DNA from: Okamejei kenojei
Lineage: Eukaryota
NCBI GenBank assembly: GCA_035221665.1
Contig: JAVHYY010000154.1
Location: 434,001 to 498,000 of the forward strand
DNA: 64,000 nucleotides
Direction of reading: 5' to 3'
Program-made: the position numbers and the translations under genes
In this document: one piece after another, positions 49,238-62,688 of the stretch
How the letters are laid out: the number at the start of each line of letters is the position of its first letter
How positions within the stretch are numbered: the first letter of the stretch is position 1
Notes under the pieces: model-generated
What the model was told of the DNA's origin: nothing
What the model saw: the letters and a program-made list of their open reading frames with translations, nothing else
Database searches by the model: none

Positions 49238-52200
49238 CTGCAGAAAATAACATAATTGTTATGGTTTTAACATTGACTGTTGTAGACTGTGACATGCGCA
49301 GAAAGTGATTACCATCTCCGATAGTTCATCACATGTTTGCAAAATGTATGGAAACGTAATTTATGAATCTTGTAATTGTTCCTGCGACGTGTTGAGTCTT
49401 AATTTCGTTCAGTTTAGTTTACTTTAGTTCAGTTTAGTTCAGTTTAATTTAGGGACACAGCGCGGAACGGACCCTTCGACCCACCGTCCTCGCCGCCCTG
49501 CAATCCACGCACATTAACACTATCCCACACACACGATTTATAGAAAGCCAATTACCTTCAAAACTGTCCGAATTTGGAGTGTGGGAAGAAACCCTAGATC
49601 TCGGAGCTCCCGACTCCGGGTGATGTCGCTCCGGAGTCGGGATCGAACTCGGGTCTCAGGTGCTAACAGCGCTGTTGGGCAGCAGCTCTACCGTTGCGCC
49701 ACTGTGGTGAAAATCACCAACGAATATTCGCGAGGTCAAAAGGGAAATTGGAAACATCCCACGCTGTAATAACAGTCAAAGCGAGCATGGAATAATAGTG
49801 GAGCTGATTCGCAGAATAGGGAACCGGTGAATGAGCCAAATTATCTTACTCGGTTCTGTAACATTTTGTAATTGTTTCTTCGCGTTAAAACAATAGAACT
49901 AGTCATTCTCCCCACAGCTTGACTGAAGTGTATCCCTTCCTAGATATGGTTAAGGTTCAACAGTAATGGGGTGGCATTTAATGCATAAGGTACGAAGGTC
50001 ATGTGATAGGAGTATAATTGGGCCATTCGATCCATCAAGCCTACTCCGCCATTCAATGATGGCTGAACTATCTCATCTTGCGAACCCAATTCTCCTGCAT
50101 TCTCCGCAATAACAATATCCTCTGATGCTTCGACTAATCATAAATCTATAAATCGCTGCATTATTTTCCCTCCTGACTTGGCCTCCACAGCCTTCTGTGT
50201 TTAACAACTGGAAGGTCATCTTTTAAGTGCAATTTACACAAACCGGGATAAATGCTTTGTATTAAGAGTTGTTTTTAGTTTCACTGGGCCACATCCTTCT
50301 GCGTTTTACTTTCATTTAATTGAAGAACAGTTTTAGTTTTCAATCTTGGTCGCCCGCTTTTTGTGTTTGCGGTTCATATCTTCCCCTCCCGAGAACCGTT
50401 TCAACAGTTCTGGCAGCTGTCGTTTGCTTTCAGTTTGTGGAATGTTTACAGTGGGTCCAGCTTCACTCGCAGCCCATCTACTCTCCTGCCAACCTCCCTC
50501 TGTTTCCTGGAAATAAGAAAGAGATTGTTTCCCAGGCTTTCACACGCAGCGGGCGTTGATCAATCCCATGGATAAACGTTTAAGCCTGTTGTAATAAGGC
50601 GGTTAGCATGACCTGAACGGTTTGTACGATTTTAGAGACCATTCGTAAAAATGAGGTTCCATTTACTTTGAAGCACGTGATAAAATCGGCGAAGTCAGCA
50701 AGGGGGGGCTCTTGCCCGACAAATTTGGTGAAAATCTTTGTGAACGTAACAAGCAGTTTGGAGAAAGGAAAGTCAGAAATGCTGCTTACTTAAATTTTCT
50801 GATGTATATTTAACGGGGCAGGACGCGAAACGGCTAATTAAGTTTGGAGTATTTTTGTTAGAGATAAGATATCAGTATGGATAGAGGATAGGCTGTCCGT
50901 TGCAGGGCCAAAATATTGGAATAAATGTGAAAATTTCCGCTTGCTGCCATTGACTAATGGGTGAATGTTGGGTCCACTACATTTCACGTTGTATGTTTAC
51001 GATGAAGGTATTGATGGCTTTGCGGCTGATATCGCGGACGATGCAAAAAATAGGTGAAGGGGCAGGTAGTGTTGAGTAAGCATGGAGTCTGCAGAGTTAC
51101 TTCAACAGGTTAGAAGAGGGGACAAATAAGTGGCAGAAGGAATACTACATAGCAGACTCTACGGGAATGCACTTTGGCGGAATAAATAACGATGTCGAGT
51201 TTTTTGTTCTAAATGGGGAAAGGATTCAGAATCTGTGGTGCAAAGCGACTTGGGAATGTTGGTGCGGAAATTCCAAAGCGTGAATCGTCGTTGAGGGTGA
51301 CAAATTACATTTCAGCATTCATTTCCAGATGACTAGAATATATAAACAGGAATCTATGTAAATGGCAGATGTTTTTAGGCACTGATTGGATCACATTTGA
51401 AATATCGCGAGCCGTTTGCGATCCCGTATCTGAGGACGGATATGGTGGCTTTAGAGGTTGCCAAGCGGAGATTTACGAGAAGTATTTGAGGGATCATTCG
51501 GTCGCGCATAAGAAGTGTTTGCGAACTACAAGCCGACACACGCTGGACTTGAGAAGGATAAGTTCTGATCACTCTGATCACTCTGATTGACATTTGAGCA
51601 GCATTGACGTCAGCAATTCGGCCTCGCGCTCCAAACTCGGAAACGTTCCCCCTTTTCTCTGAATTGATCCTTGCCACATATCGCAGTCTTCTCCCACGCA
51701 CTTTTCGTTTTCACTTCCAACGGCGGATTTCAATTTCTCTAACGGGCAAATGGTCTAACTCTGCTTCTGTGCCTTATGGTCTTTGTCGTTATTTTGGATG
51801 TGGGCACAGCTGTTAAGGCGAACAGTCATTACCTATTAGAATCAAAAGTAACGATTCCAGGGTGTTCAAATGTAATCTGTTCCGACAACGGAATAGTGAC
51901 ATTCTTAGTAGCAGATGCACACAGGCCTAGAAATGCAATATGCTTTATCAGATAAGAGAGTTATAGAGTCATGGAGCGATACAACGAGGAAACAGGCTCT
52001 TCAGCTCTCGTTGCCCTCACCGGCCAACATGTCACCGTTACGTTAGTGCCAACTGCCCGCGTGTGGTCCAAATCCATACAAATCTGTCCTGTCCATGTAC
52101 TTGTCGAACTGATTCTTAAACAGGGGGATAGATTCAGCTTCAATTATGTACTCTGGCAACTTGTTCTGTACACCCACTACCCTCCGTGTGAAAACGTTAC

Positions 52201-52927
52201 CCCTCAAATCCTACTAAATCTACCCCTTCAGCTTAAACCTGTGTCCTCCGGTCCTCGACTCACCTACTCTGCACATGAGACTCTGCGTATCTACCCGATC
52301 TATTCTTCCCATGATTTTATACACTTCCGTACGATCACCCCATTCCTCTATTAATGTATGATACAAAAACTAACTCAATAATTTAATTGCCACAATCCTA
52401 GAGCAACAAAAAAAACAAATCCTTTGTATAACCAGAGACAATTATGAAAAGTTTATGAACAAAAAGTGCTGTAGTAACTTGCCGACCAAGAGGGTGAATT
52501 CACATAGTGTTTTGGAGCAAGCCGGCGGTTTGGTGGTAACATTAACTGCGCGGGTCAGGCAGCATTTCAGGAGAACATTGATAGCCGACATTTGGTATCT
52601 AGACTTCGGATTCCGATATCAGCGTCCGCATTTCCTTGTGTCTGCATAGAAAGTCATAGCTGTGGTTAGCACTGTGTGGTGTTCCCGACCCTGATGATTT
52701 TGGGGAAGTAGCTATTCATGAACCTGATTAACTTTGTGCGCCCGGGGAGCCACACATATCATCTCCTTGGACTCGCGCGTACCGTAACATCTGGACCAAG
52801 TTGCTGGAACCCTTTATGAATAGAATCTGTTTCAATTGGAAAGCAATTGAAGCCTCGAGATGTAATATTAAAGGGAACTGAATATTTCTAAGAACAGCAG
52901 TGGATAAGAGAGGTTTTGGGTACTTAC

Positions 52928-53018
52928 CGGCTGTGACAGTCACCGTAGTCCCCGTCCCCTCCTGATAGTAAGCCACAGCCACAGTGCCCCGTCTCTCGAT
53001 GCTCGCTGTACAAGAACA
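52928..53018 (-). CDS. NAR-TCR J, cassette 3 (52928-52979, AVAYYQEGTGTTVTVTA) with 23-RSS
   Basis: CACAGTG 52980-52986, 23 nt, ACAAGAACA 53010-53018; donor G|GTAAGT. Confidence 0.92.
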
Positions 53019-53326
53019 GTTCTCACCCCCATTTGCCCGGCAACCACAAGACTCGCTGACCAATTATTCCAGGAGTTTCAGACCAACCAGTAACTGTCCT
53101 TGCTCCCCAATCCTCGCTGGATCGACCGGTTTCCGCTAAGAAACAGAGCTAAAAGCAGAGTGATCCCCACGCAGGCTGGTGTGCTTTGACAAACACGGAA
53201 CCAATTATTAAGGAATGTTAAGGGAATGTGGTAATCCCTATGCAATTTAACTGGACTACAGCGTCACGAACAACACTCGATTGATTTTGGTTTCGGAACC
53301 CAAGAACATATATCTTGAATGGGGTA

Positions 53327-53397
53327 AGTTTTTATTCGACTCTCCTACACTGTGGATAATCCAGTCCCACACGTTGTTTCACGTCACTTTCAAATCC
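53327..53397 (-). other. D segment, cassette 3 (53355-53369, TGGGACTGGATTATC) with 12/12 RSSs
   Basis: Heptamers 53348-53354 and 53370-53376, 12-nt spacers, nonamers 53327-53335 and 53389-53397. Confidence 0.85.
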
Positions 53398-53760
53398 CCA
53401 GGCGCCCGACAAGTCGGGCGGGCAGGAGATTAACGTTCAGCGAATGTTGTTTTTCAGATTGCATTTTCTGTAACTAGATCCCGTCTGGAGTTGTGCATTA
53501 GAAGAGTGGTCAGTCATTCTCGATGGCAGTTCGTTTACACCATTTTCAGGAAAGGAGACATTATCCAGTCGCATTCGCCAAATAGAGAAACCCCATTGTT
53601 TGAATCGTACGCATTTCAACCGGTACAACCTAGAATGCAGGGCAGGCGGGACAAAGCGGGACGGTGGGTTACCCGGCGGATTCACCTCGCGTCTTCACGT
53701 TGTTACTGGAATCTCCCTTCAGGGTTTTTGTATTGCTGGAACCGCAGACCCATCACTGTG

Positions 53761-54053
53761 GTTTCTCCACCTGTATTCAGCTTGACAGATATAGGTGGCG
53801 ATGTCGTCAACTGTCAAAGCACGGATTTTCAACGTAAAGGTCTTTTTCGCTTTATTGGTCGACACAACAACCCGTCCACCTGTTCTGATCCGCTGCCGTT
53901 CAGCACCGGGTTGTGCTAGCTTGAAGAAATGTCCTACATTAAATTCGTATCTGCCACTGGAACCTTCCTGGAAAAGGCAGGTGATTGTGAGGGGTTGGCA
54001 CTCTTTTCCAGTCACCGCATTCGGGCTCTGGGTCACTGACTGACTGAAGGTGT
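53761..54053 (-). CDS. NAR-TCR V exon, cassette 3
   Basis: Open 293-nt exon. Consensus heptamer and nonamer: CACAGTG 53754-53760, 22 nt, ACAAAAACC 53723-53731. Confidence 0.92.
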
Positions 54054-54207
54054 CTGTGGATGAAACACAGGGAGAGGTTAGTGGGAATTCGAGGCGCACC
54101 ACGGAAGAAGGAAAAATCGCGGACAGTGTTTGAAATTCAGGTTGGAGTGGACTCTCGTTGTTTTATGTTCAACCCGCACTGTGTGGGAGTAGGGGCCCGG
54201 TACTCAC

Positions 54208-54250
54208 GGCGTAAGCACAGTGACAGTACAAAATACAGGAGGATTCCCAT
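54208..54250 (-). CDS. Leader exon, cassette 3 (MGILLYFVLSLCLR)
   Basis: ATG at 54250, 43 nt, GTGAGT donor. Confidence 0.9.
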
Positions 54251-55069
54251 CGCGCGTTCTCCGCGAAAATAATGGTTTACGTGACGAGATGTTGGAGCTC
54301 AGGTTTCCCGACAGATCCTGCCCTGTCCCGGTGAACGAGCCGGAACCTTGGCTGGCCTTTTCGTTTCGCTGCAGGCGGTGTTCTGGGAATTTCTGAAAAT
54401 GAATGTGCGAGGAGAGGAAAGTTTGAGAAGAGGATCGTTAAATCTGCTGATTTGTTTGGTGGCCTGGCATTTGATGTGAAGCATCTGACGTTTCTCTGAC
54501 GTTCAGTAGACCATTTGAACCATTCAGGCAACTGAATATATGGGGGTAGTAGATATCATGAAGGCACAGTCCTCTCTGCAATCCGTCAGAAGATATAGAA
54601 GTGTGCAAACTCACACTTCCAGATTTAGGGACAGTTTATTACCTGCAGTTATCAGGCAACTGAACCATCCTAACACAACTCTAGAGCAGTTCTGCAATAC
54701 TATCTACCTCATGAGGAAAAATCCTCCTCAACCAGAGAGTTATGAATTTGTGGAATTCTCTTCCACAGAAGACAGTGAAGGATAATTCACTGGATGCTTC
54801 AAGAAATAATGAGATTTATCTCTTGGGGCTAAAGGAATCAAGTGATACGGGAAGTAAACAGGAACGGGGTACTAATAATAGAGGATGATCCATAATCATA
54901 TTGAATGGCGGTGCTGGCTCGAAGGGCCGAATGGCCAACTCCTGCATCGACGTTTCTGTGTCTTTGTTTTGAAATGGCTTACCCCTTATTCGTAGACTGT
55001 GATCCCCGGTTTCTGGACTCCCTCAATATCCGGAAGAAATGTCCTGCATCTAGCCGGTCCAATATTCCT

Positions 55070-56035
55070 GTTATTGAGGGAGTGAAGCGTAGGCTCACAA
55101 GCTTAATTCCCGGCATGGCGGGACGGTCACGTGCCGAAAGAATTGAGCGGCTGGGCTTGTATACTCTGGAATTTAGTTGGATGAGAGAGGATCTTATTGA
55201 AACATAAAAGATCATTAAGTGTTTGGACAAGAAATAGGCAGGAAACATGTTCCCGATGTTGGAGGAGTCCAGAACCAGTGGCACAATTTAAGAATAAGGG
55301 GTAAGCCGTTTAGAACGGGAATGAGGAAACACTTTTTCACATAGAGAGTTGTTTGTCTGTGGAATTGTCTGCCTCAGAGGGCGGTGGGGCCGGTTCTCTG
55401 GAAACTTTCAAGAGAGAGCTAGATAGGGTTCGTGAAGATAGCGGAGTCAGGGAATATGGGGAAAATGCAGGAACGGGGTTCTGATTGTGAGTGATCAGCC
55501 ATGATCCCATTGAATGCCGGTGCAGGCTTGAAGGGCCGTCTGGGCTCCCACTGCACCTATTGTCTATTGTTTATTGTCTAATGCGTTAAGGCTGTTATGT
55601 TTCTATATAATCCCCTTTCATCGTAAATTCCAGTGAATACAAGCCCAGTCACCCCATTGCTTCATGATATGTCTTTTCCGGCATCCCGGAAATTAATTTG
55701 ATAAACCTGCACTTCACTTCCTTTATAGCAAGAACTAGGAGACCAAAACTGCACACAATGTTCCAGTTGTAGTGTCACCAGGGCCTTGTGTAACTGCAGT
55801 AGGACCTCTTTGCTCCTCAACTTAAATCTTCTCGCAATGAAGGACAACATGCCATTAGCTTTCTTCACTGACTTCTGTACCTTCATGCATACTTTCAGTG
55901 AGTGATGAGCAAGGCCACCCAGGTCTCGTTGCACCTCCCTTTTTTACGAATCTGACACCATTCAGATAATAATCCGCCGTCTCGTTCTAGCCACCAAATA
56001 ATCTCACATGTATTTAAATGATACAGCATCTGCCA
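55070..56035. mobile_element. Two tail-to-tail CR1 3' fragments (55070-55580 +, 55600-56035 -)
   Basis: IEGVKRRLTSLIPGM on +; ORF 55662-55934 on -. Confidence 0.8.
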
Positions 56036-57059
56036 CTCCTGTGGCCGTAACTGAACTGCTGTCAAGAAGGTGTGCAGGTTAGGAATGTATTCCTTTGGAG
56101 CGCAGGAGGTTGATTAGGAATCGTGTCAGAGGATTCAGGTTTAAGGTGGGAGCAGTTCTTTCAGGAATGGCTGCTGGTCGCGATTGCAACACCCCAAAGA
56201 TGCAGGAAAGGGAATGCCTCTTTTATTTATTTGATGAGGGTTAGTACGACAGCTTAATTATTTAGTCTATGTAAGCACTTTGGTTTCAACGCGAGTTGAT
56301 TTAAACGTGCTATATAACTCGTTCGGTTAAGGAATGTTTTTTTTTTGGAATAGGGTTCAGAAAAAGGAACTGCGACAAGAAACAATGTGTGTTATTCGTC
56401 CCTGCCACTGTAAAACATTACAATAGGAGGAAGAGGTATTTCTACTGCCGATATGGGGTTTAAACTCATCGCAACCGCAAGGTTCCAAACGATCGCGTTC
56501 CGCAAAAACACACTTGCAAGATGATTTAAATGGCCATTAATTTACGGGAATTAAACACTAAATTCCTTCCATTTGGCCTATAAATTCTTGACAATGAGAT
56601 TTAAAAATCATGTTATATTGCGAATTCTTGAGTGATTGTTATTTGGACACTTAGGCAATTTAAAAATGTTAATCTTTTCTTAAGAAATGGATAGATGTTT
56701 AGGTCTTGTAATTGAATTTTGTAATTTCAGGACATCCAAGTAAGATTGTTTCTTATTTGTTTCAGAATGCTTCAATCTATAATAACTGAACATTTCTTTC
56801 AGTTCTCTTAATTTGTAAGAAAGTTATGGGCTTTTGACTGTTCTCGAACACAGCTTTCCTATTAAGTCAATGGAAAAACAATAGGGAACAAGATGCACAT
56901 TTCCGAGTATGAAAATGCTCATAACTTTTTTAATACTGAAGATATGAAAGTGAATTAGGTGTCACATTAAACTTCGTTTTATGCTTTATCTGATGGGATG
57001 AATTGCAGACTTGAATTTTTACATCTCAAAATTTTGTAACATTGCTACATGTTAGTGAT

Positions 57060-57990
57060 TTGCTGCTGTACTCACTCTATACTCATGGCTGCGGAGCTGG
57101 TCATGGTGCGAACTCCGTCATCTCGTTCGCTGATGACACCACTGTTGTGGGAAGTATCACTGATGGGGACGAGTCAGAGTATAGACGTGAGATCGACCGA
57201 CTGACCAAATTGTGCCAGCACAATAACCTGGCCCTCAACACCAGCAAAACAAAGGAACTGATTGAGGACTTTGTAAGAGATATGATGGAGACGCCCAGTC
57301 CCGTTTATATAAACGGGTCTATGGTGGAAAGGGTCAAGAGCTTTAAGTTCCTGGACATGCACATTTCTGAAGATATCGCCTTATCCGAGATGCAATTATT
57401 AAAACAAGCACATCAGCGACTCTACTTCCTGAGATGATTACGGAGAGTCGGCCTGTCAAGGAGGACTCTCTGTAACTTCTATAGGTGCAGACTAGAGAGC
57501 TTGCTGACCGGTTGCATCGTGGGTTGGTTCGGCAACTTGAGCGCCCAGGAGCGGAATTGACAACAAAAAGTGGTAAACACTGCCCAGTCCATCATCGGCT
57601 CTGATCTCCCTACCATCGAGGGCGTCTATCGCAGTCGCTGCTTCAAAAAGGCTGGCAGCATCAGCAAGGACCCATACCATCCTGGCCACACACTCATCTC
57701 CCCACTACCTTCAGGTAGAAGGAACAGGAGCCTGAAGACTGCAGCGTCCAGGCTCAGAAATAGCCGCTTCCCCACAGCCATCAGGCTATTAAACTCAACT
57801 GAAATAAATCTCTGAACACTAATAGACCATTATCTGTTTATTTGCACTTTATCTGCTTATTTATTGATGTGTGTATATATTTATATAATGCTATATGGAC
57901 TCACTGATATGATATGTTCTGTATTCGTGCCTAATATATTCCGTTGTGCTGATGCAAAGCAAGGATTTAATTGTCCTATCTGGCACATAT
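57060..57990 (+). mobile_element. Rex1-like LINE, 3' part
   Basis: [24 protein letters not shown]; KDPYHPGH. Confidence 0.85.
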
Positions 57991-58476
57991 TACAATAAAT
58001 TCTCTTGACTTGGCCATATTTGATAAATTCGACTGGTCTTCTCTCTTTTGTTGCTCTTTCCCACAAAACGCGACTTTTCGCAGATATCCGACACTGTGTG
58101 ACCTGTGTGACCAGTGGATATGCTGAGGTACCTATCCTGCGTCGCGCTCTCTCCCTGTTATCGCTGTTTGGAAACGCGACTAGAACAGGTACAGCACTCG
58201 CCGGCAATTTCACTGCGCGTGCGATAGTTTGAGATTTGCAAAATCCATGGCTCACTGTGTGCTGTTGGAAATGTCGCCACAATGATTGTGATTTTGAATA
58301 ATACATGGAAAACAATAGATGTTTGTTAAAACATGTGTAAGTAATGTCCTCAGGGGTGTAATTCGTCGCCTGTTTTCTCCGTTATTTTCTTGATAAATAT
58401 GCCAGATATTGGTTTGTTTCTCTGACAACCGCTCAGCGGCTCCACCAGGCGTGATCGCCTGGACTTTCGCATTAAA

Positions 58477-61010
58477 ATGCATGGCATTCCGATCGAGGAA
58501 AAAATAGGACTTGTGTATTATCCGATTCTGGCAGCAATCGGTTTACCTGGTAGGTAATTGTCGGCACATCTCATGGAACCAACAAAGACTGTTTGAAAAG
58601 CGCAGAGTATTAAAGGTTAAGAGAACATACCGAATAGTCCAGCAGGAGTTCGGGCGGCACGGTGGCGCAGCACTAGAGTAGTTATCTTACAGCGCTTGTC
58701 TGTACGGAGTATGTGCTTTCTCCCCGTTACCTTCAGGGTTTTCCCAGATATCTTCGGTTTCTTCCACACTCCATAAAAGTAAAATACATTGTCCCTTGTG
58801 CGCGTCAGCTTGTGTTAGTGTGCGCGCTGTATCCCTAAACTAAAACGAAACAAGGAATATACATCTTTGGAGCGAAGAAGCGCGTTGGTATATCTGATGT
58901 ATTCCGCTCAGCGAAGCTGGCAGAAATGTAGCCTTCACGGCGTTTTACTAAAATAAATGCCCATACATGCACAGCTGCGAAGTGAAGGGCAACCTGGCCC
59001 TCGCTGTGAGTGGCAGTTTCTGTTCCACTGTTCGTTCTCATTCGGCAGAACGAGAAATACACCCGTCCAGTAATTTGGCACTGCATTTTGTGTATCGCTC
59101 TTAAATTCTCATAGCAATAATTTCTGTGGGACAGATTTGAAGGTCATACGAACAACCTGCTCCAGTGAAAACAAAGAACTAGTTAACTCAGTCAGTCTTA
59201 CGGCATCCCTGGAGGACCGACGCAGTCGACGTATCGGTTTGGGATCAATCTTCCGATCGGATTCTGAAGAAGGGGCCCGAGATGATACATCGCCTATGTA
59301 TGTCGTCCAGAGATATGGCTTGCGCCACTGAGATAGTCCAGCACTTGGTCTTGTCAGGTACAGTACGGAAGTCCGCCCGCTGTTCGGCAGAAAATACCTG
59401 CCTAAATGTTGTTAGCCGTGGTTGTGAAGGGTGTTTGTAATTATATTTGCAATGCTTCACTGAACCCATTTCCTTGGTCTCATGTTCGGAAATGCATTCT
59501 CCAAGGTCCAATGGAAAACAGACCCCGTTAATCCAGACCACGATTGACTCAATGCCCCGATGCAAAAGTTGCTCACGTCTCAGCAATACAAACGACACTG
59601 CGCATTTGAATTAACCGTTCTAAAAGTTAAATCAAATATTTGATATTGGAAGGATCCCCGGTAATTTGGATTGTTAATTTCATTTTTAGATACACTGACT
59701 GACCTCTTGAAAATGTTCAATATATTACATCAAAATCAAAGGATTTGCATAATGTTGTGAAGATTAGTACAAAAGGCAATCCCACCTATTTTGGTAAACA
59801 GGATTATAATCATTTGCAGATTACATTTCTGTTTACCAAAATTGGATTGCCTTTTATCCTACTATTTCCATCTTCATGTCCTTCTCTTTCCATCTTCATG
59901 TCTACATAAGGCGATTCCATTAATTTTGGTAGTCACGAATTTAATAATTTACGGATTGAACTTCTTTCTGGCAAACGAATGACGGATGATTGTCCCAAAT
60001 ATCAATTCGTTAAATAAATAGTATCTACTACTAGCGACACATGGTTAAATTACTCAGTCAGCTACCTCCCACCAGCCCGTACACCACACAATTAATTAAT
60101 TTCAGTGAATGTAATGGCAATTTTGATCTTGCCCCGTGGCAAGTGCGGCCTTTCCAAGTGCATCACTCGTTACACGGTAGCCATGGCTTCCGCCGACCTC
60201 TCTGTGATTCTGTGAAGTGATATTTCACTGGGTTGCTGATCTGTATTGGTGGCATGCTTCCTTGCCCTACACTCCTGTCTGCAAAATAACGATCTTCCTG
60301 GCATCCGTCACGGTGAATTGTTCTGTATGATTCACAGTCGCTTTCACTTTTGATCGCTTTGTTGCGATCTCAACTCAGGGCATGAAAACTAAATATTGCA
60401 CCGAGAGAACCGCGTCGATTGTTATCCTGACAGTGATCCCATTCGTCTGCATCAAAAACCTACCCTTGCCCTTTCCCTACGTTCCTTATCCCGGATTGGG
60501 TAGACCGCATGCCTGCCGCAAACTTGTCCATTTTTACTTGCGTCGGGAATGGATGGTGTTCTCTTGTATCGAACAGTTGTTCACCCAGGCGATACCATTC
60601 TGACTGATTTTGTTGTTTAACACGCTCACCGTCAGACGTATTTTCGTGGCCAGTCGAATCCGCAGGAATCTCCGAGACCTCAGCGGTGGGGTGGAAAAGA
60701 AAGACCAGGAGATATTGAACCGCAGACGGTCGGTCGTTTTACTTCTGGCAATCTCGAGCTGCTTCTTCCTCCTCTGGACCACACGTGTGGCACATTTTAT
60801 AGCGTATCGAAGTTTGAAAGTGTTTATGCGCAAGGCCTGGACAGACTATGTGGGTGGATTGGAAAGGGTTGGATTTATGCTTCAGCTACTGAGCTCCTGC
60901 ACCAACACGGCGATTTACACCGTGACATAGAGCTAGATCAGAGAGGAGCTGTTCCGTGTGCTAACTTATCCGGTCACTTGCACTGGAAAGATATTTAAAT
61001 CGGTAAAGTG
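58477..61010 (+). pseudogene. GPR139-like GPCR, cassette 3 (exon 1 58477-58549; exon 2 from 60106)
   Basis: Exon 1 encodes the same protein as in cassette 1. Exon 2 has lost its polypyrimidine tract and has a 2-nt deletion near 60210, TGA at 60328 and 60601, TAG at 60928 and 60934. Confidence 0.88.
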
Positions 61011-61476
61011 TAAGTTACAATAATATAACAACAACGAGTGACCAGCTGGCTTCATGCGTTGCTTTGCTGTAGGGTTTATGTGAAAAGATAGCATTTAATG
61101 TGTGGACATTTTATGTCCATTCGCCCTGTCGGGCACGCCTACCTGCTTAGTAGGTTCATGGGGTCAATTTAGTCGCACCTCTTGTATGTATCATCATGTG
61201 CCCCGCTCAATCATTCAACTCTGTGTTTTCATGCATATGTATACATATGCCTGGAACTTATTGTTTTCAAAACGAGCGAAGATTTTTAGTTGAATAGGTG
61301 CAACGGGTTGTATTTATGATTTCCTTTCATCATTGAAAACACGTATCATTGCACATTAACGAGGTTTTCGGTTTAAAGCGAATCTGCTGTTTTAGCAGCG
61401 GGTGATCTAGATTATGTAAAGTTCCATACAGATACCGTGCTTAACATACGTTCACTATGGGGAAAACTTATATCGA

Positions 61477-62455
61477 TATTAGTGATCTGGAGGAGGGAAT
61501 TGAATGCAACATCTCCAAGTTTGCGGATGCCACGAAGCTGGGGAGGCAGTGTTAGATGTGAGGAGGATGCTAGGAGGCTGCATGGTGACTTGGATAGGTT
61601 GGGTGAGTGGGCAAATGCATGGCAGATGCAGTACAATGTGGATAAATGAGAGGTTATCCAGGTTGGTGGCAAAAACAGGAGGGTAGACTATTATCTGAAT
61701 GGTGGCCGATTAGGAAAAGGGTAGATGCAACGAGGCCTGGGTGGCATTGTACACCAGTCATTGAAACTAAGCATGTAGTTGCAGCAGGATGTGAATAAAG
61801 CGAATGGTATGTTGGCATTCATAGCAAAAGGTTTTGAGTACAAAAGCAGCGAGGTTCTACTACAGTTGTACAGGGTCTTGGGGAGGGCCACACCTGGAGT
61901 ATGCGTACGGTTTTGGTCTCTTAATCTGAGGAAATACATTCTTGCCATAGAGGGAGTACAGAGAAGGTTCACCAGACTGATTCCTGGGATGGCAAGAATT
62001 CCATATGAAGAAAGAGTGGATAGACTCGGCTTGTACTAGCTGGAATTTAGAAGGTTGAGGGGGGATCTTATAGAGACTTACACAAAACGTATGGACAGGT
62101 TAGATGCAGGAAGATTGTTCCCGATGTTGGGGAAATCCAGAACAAGGGGTCACAGTTTAAGGATAAGGTGGAAGTCTTTTAGGGCCGAGATGAGAAAATC
62201 ATTTTTTACACAGAGCGTGGTGAATCTGTGGAACTCTCTGCCACAGAAGGTAGTTGCGGCCAGTTCATTGGCTATATTTAAGAGGCAGTTAGATGTGGTC
62301 CTCGTGATCAAAGGATCAGGGGCTATGGAGAGAAGGCACGTACAGGATACTGAGGTTGGATTGATCAGCCATGAACACATTAAATGGCGGTGCAGGCTCG
62401 AAGGGCTGAATGGCCTGCTCCTGCACCTATTTTCTATGATTCTATGATTCTATGA
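61477..62455 (+). mobile_element. 5'-truncated CR1, same insertion as 20951-21860
   Basis: Same 5' junction atcga|tattagtgatc and (attctatg)n tail. Confidence 0.9.
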
Positions 62456-62688
62456 AAGTATTGCTATAGGTGAAGTGTGCCAGATGTAGGAATAGACCGG
62501 GTAGATACACAGAGTCTTTTGCCCAGCGAATCGACTACCAGAGGACATAGGTTTAGGGAGAAGGGAAACCTATTCAATAGCAATCCGTGCGGAAACATTT
62601 TCACACAAAGGGTAGTGGGTATGTGGAACAAGCTGTAACAGGAGGTAGTCGAGTCTGTGACTTTCCCATCGTTTAAGAAACAATTAGA

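Noticed and set aside
56440-57040. AT-rich block found only in cassette 3, possibly a non-autonomous DNA transposon
   Set aside because: I could not identify terminal inverted repeats or a TSD by eye; left uncalled.
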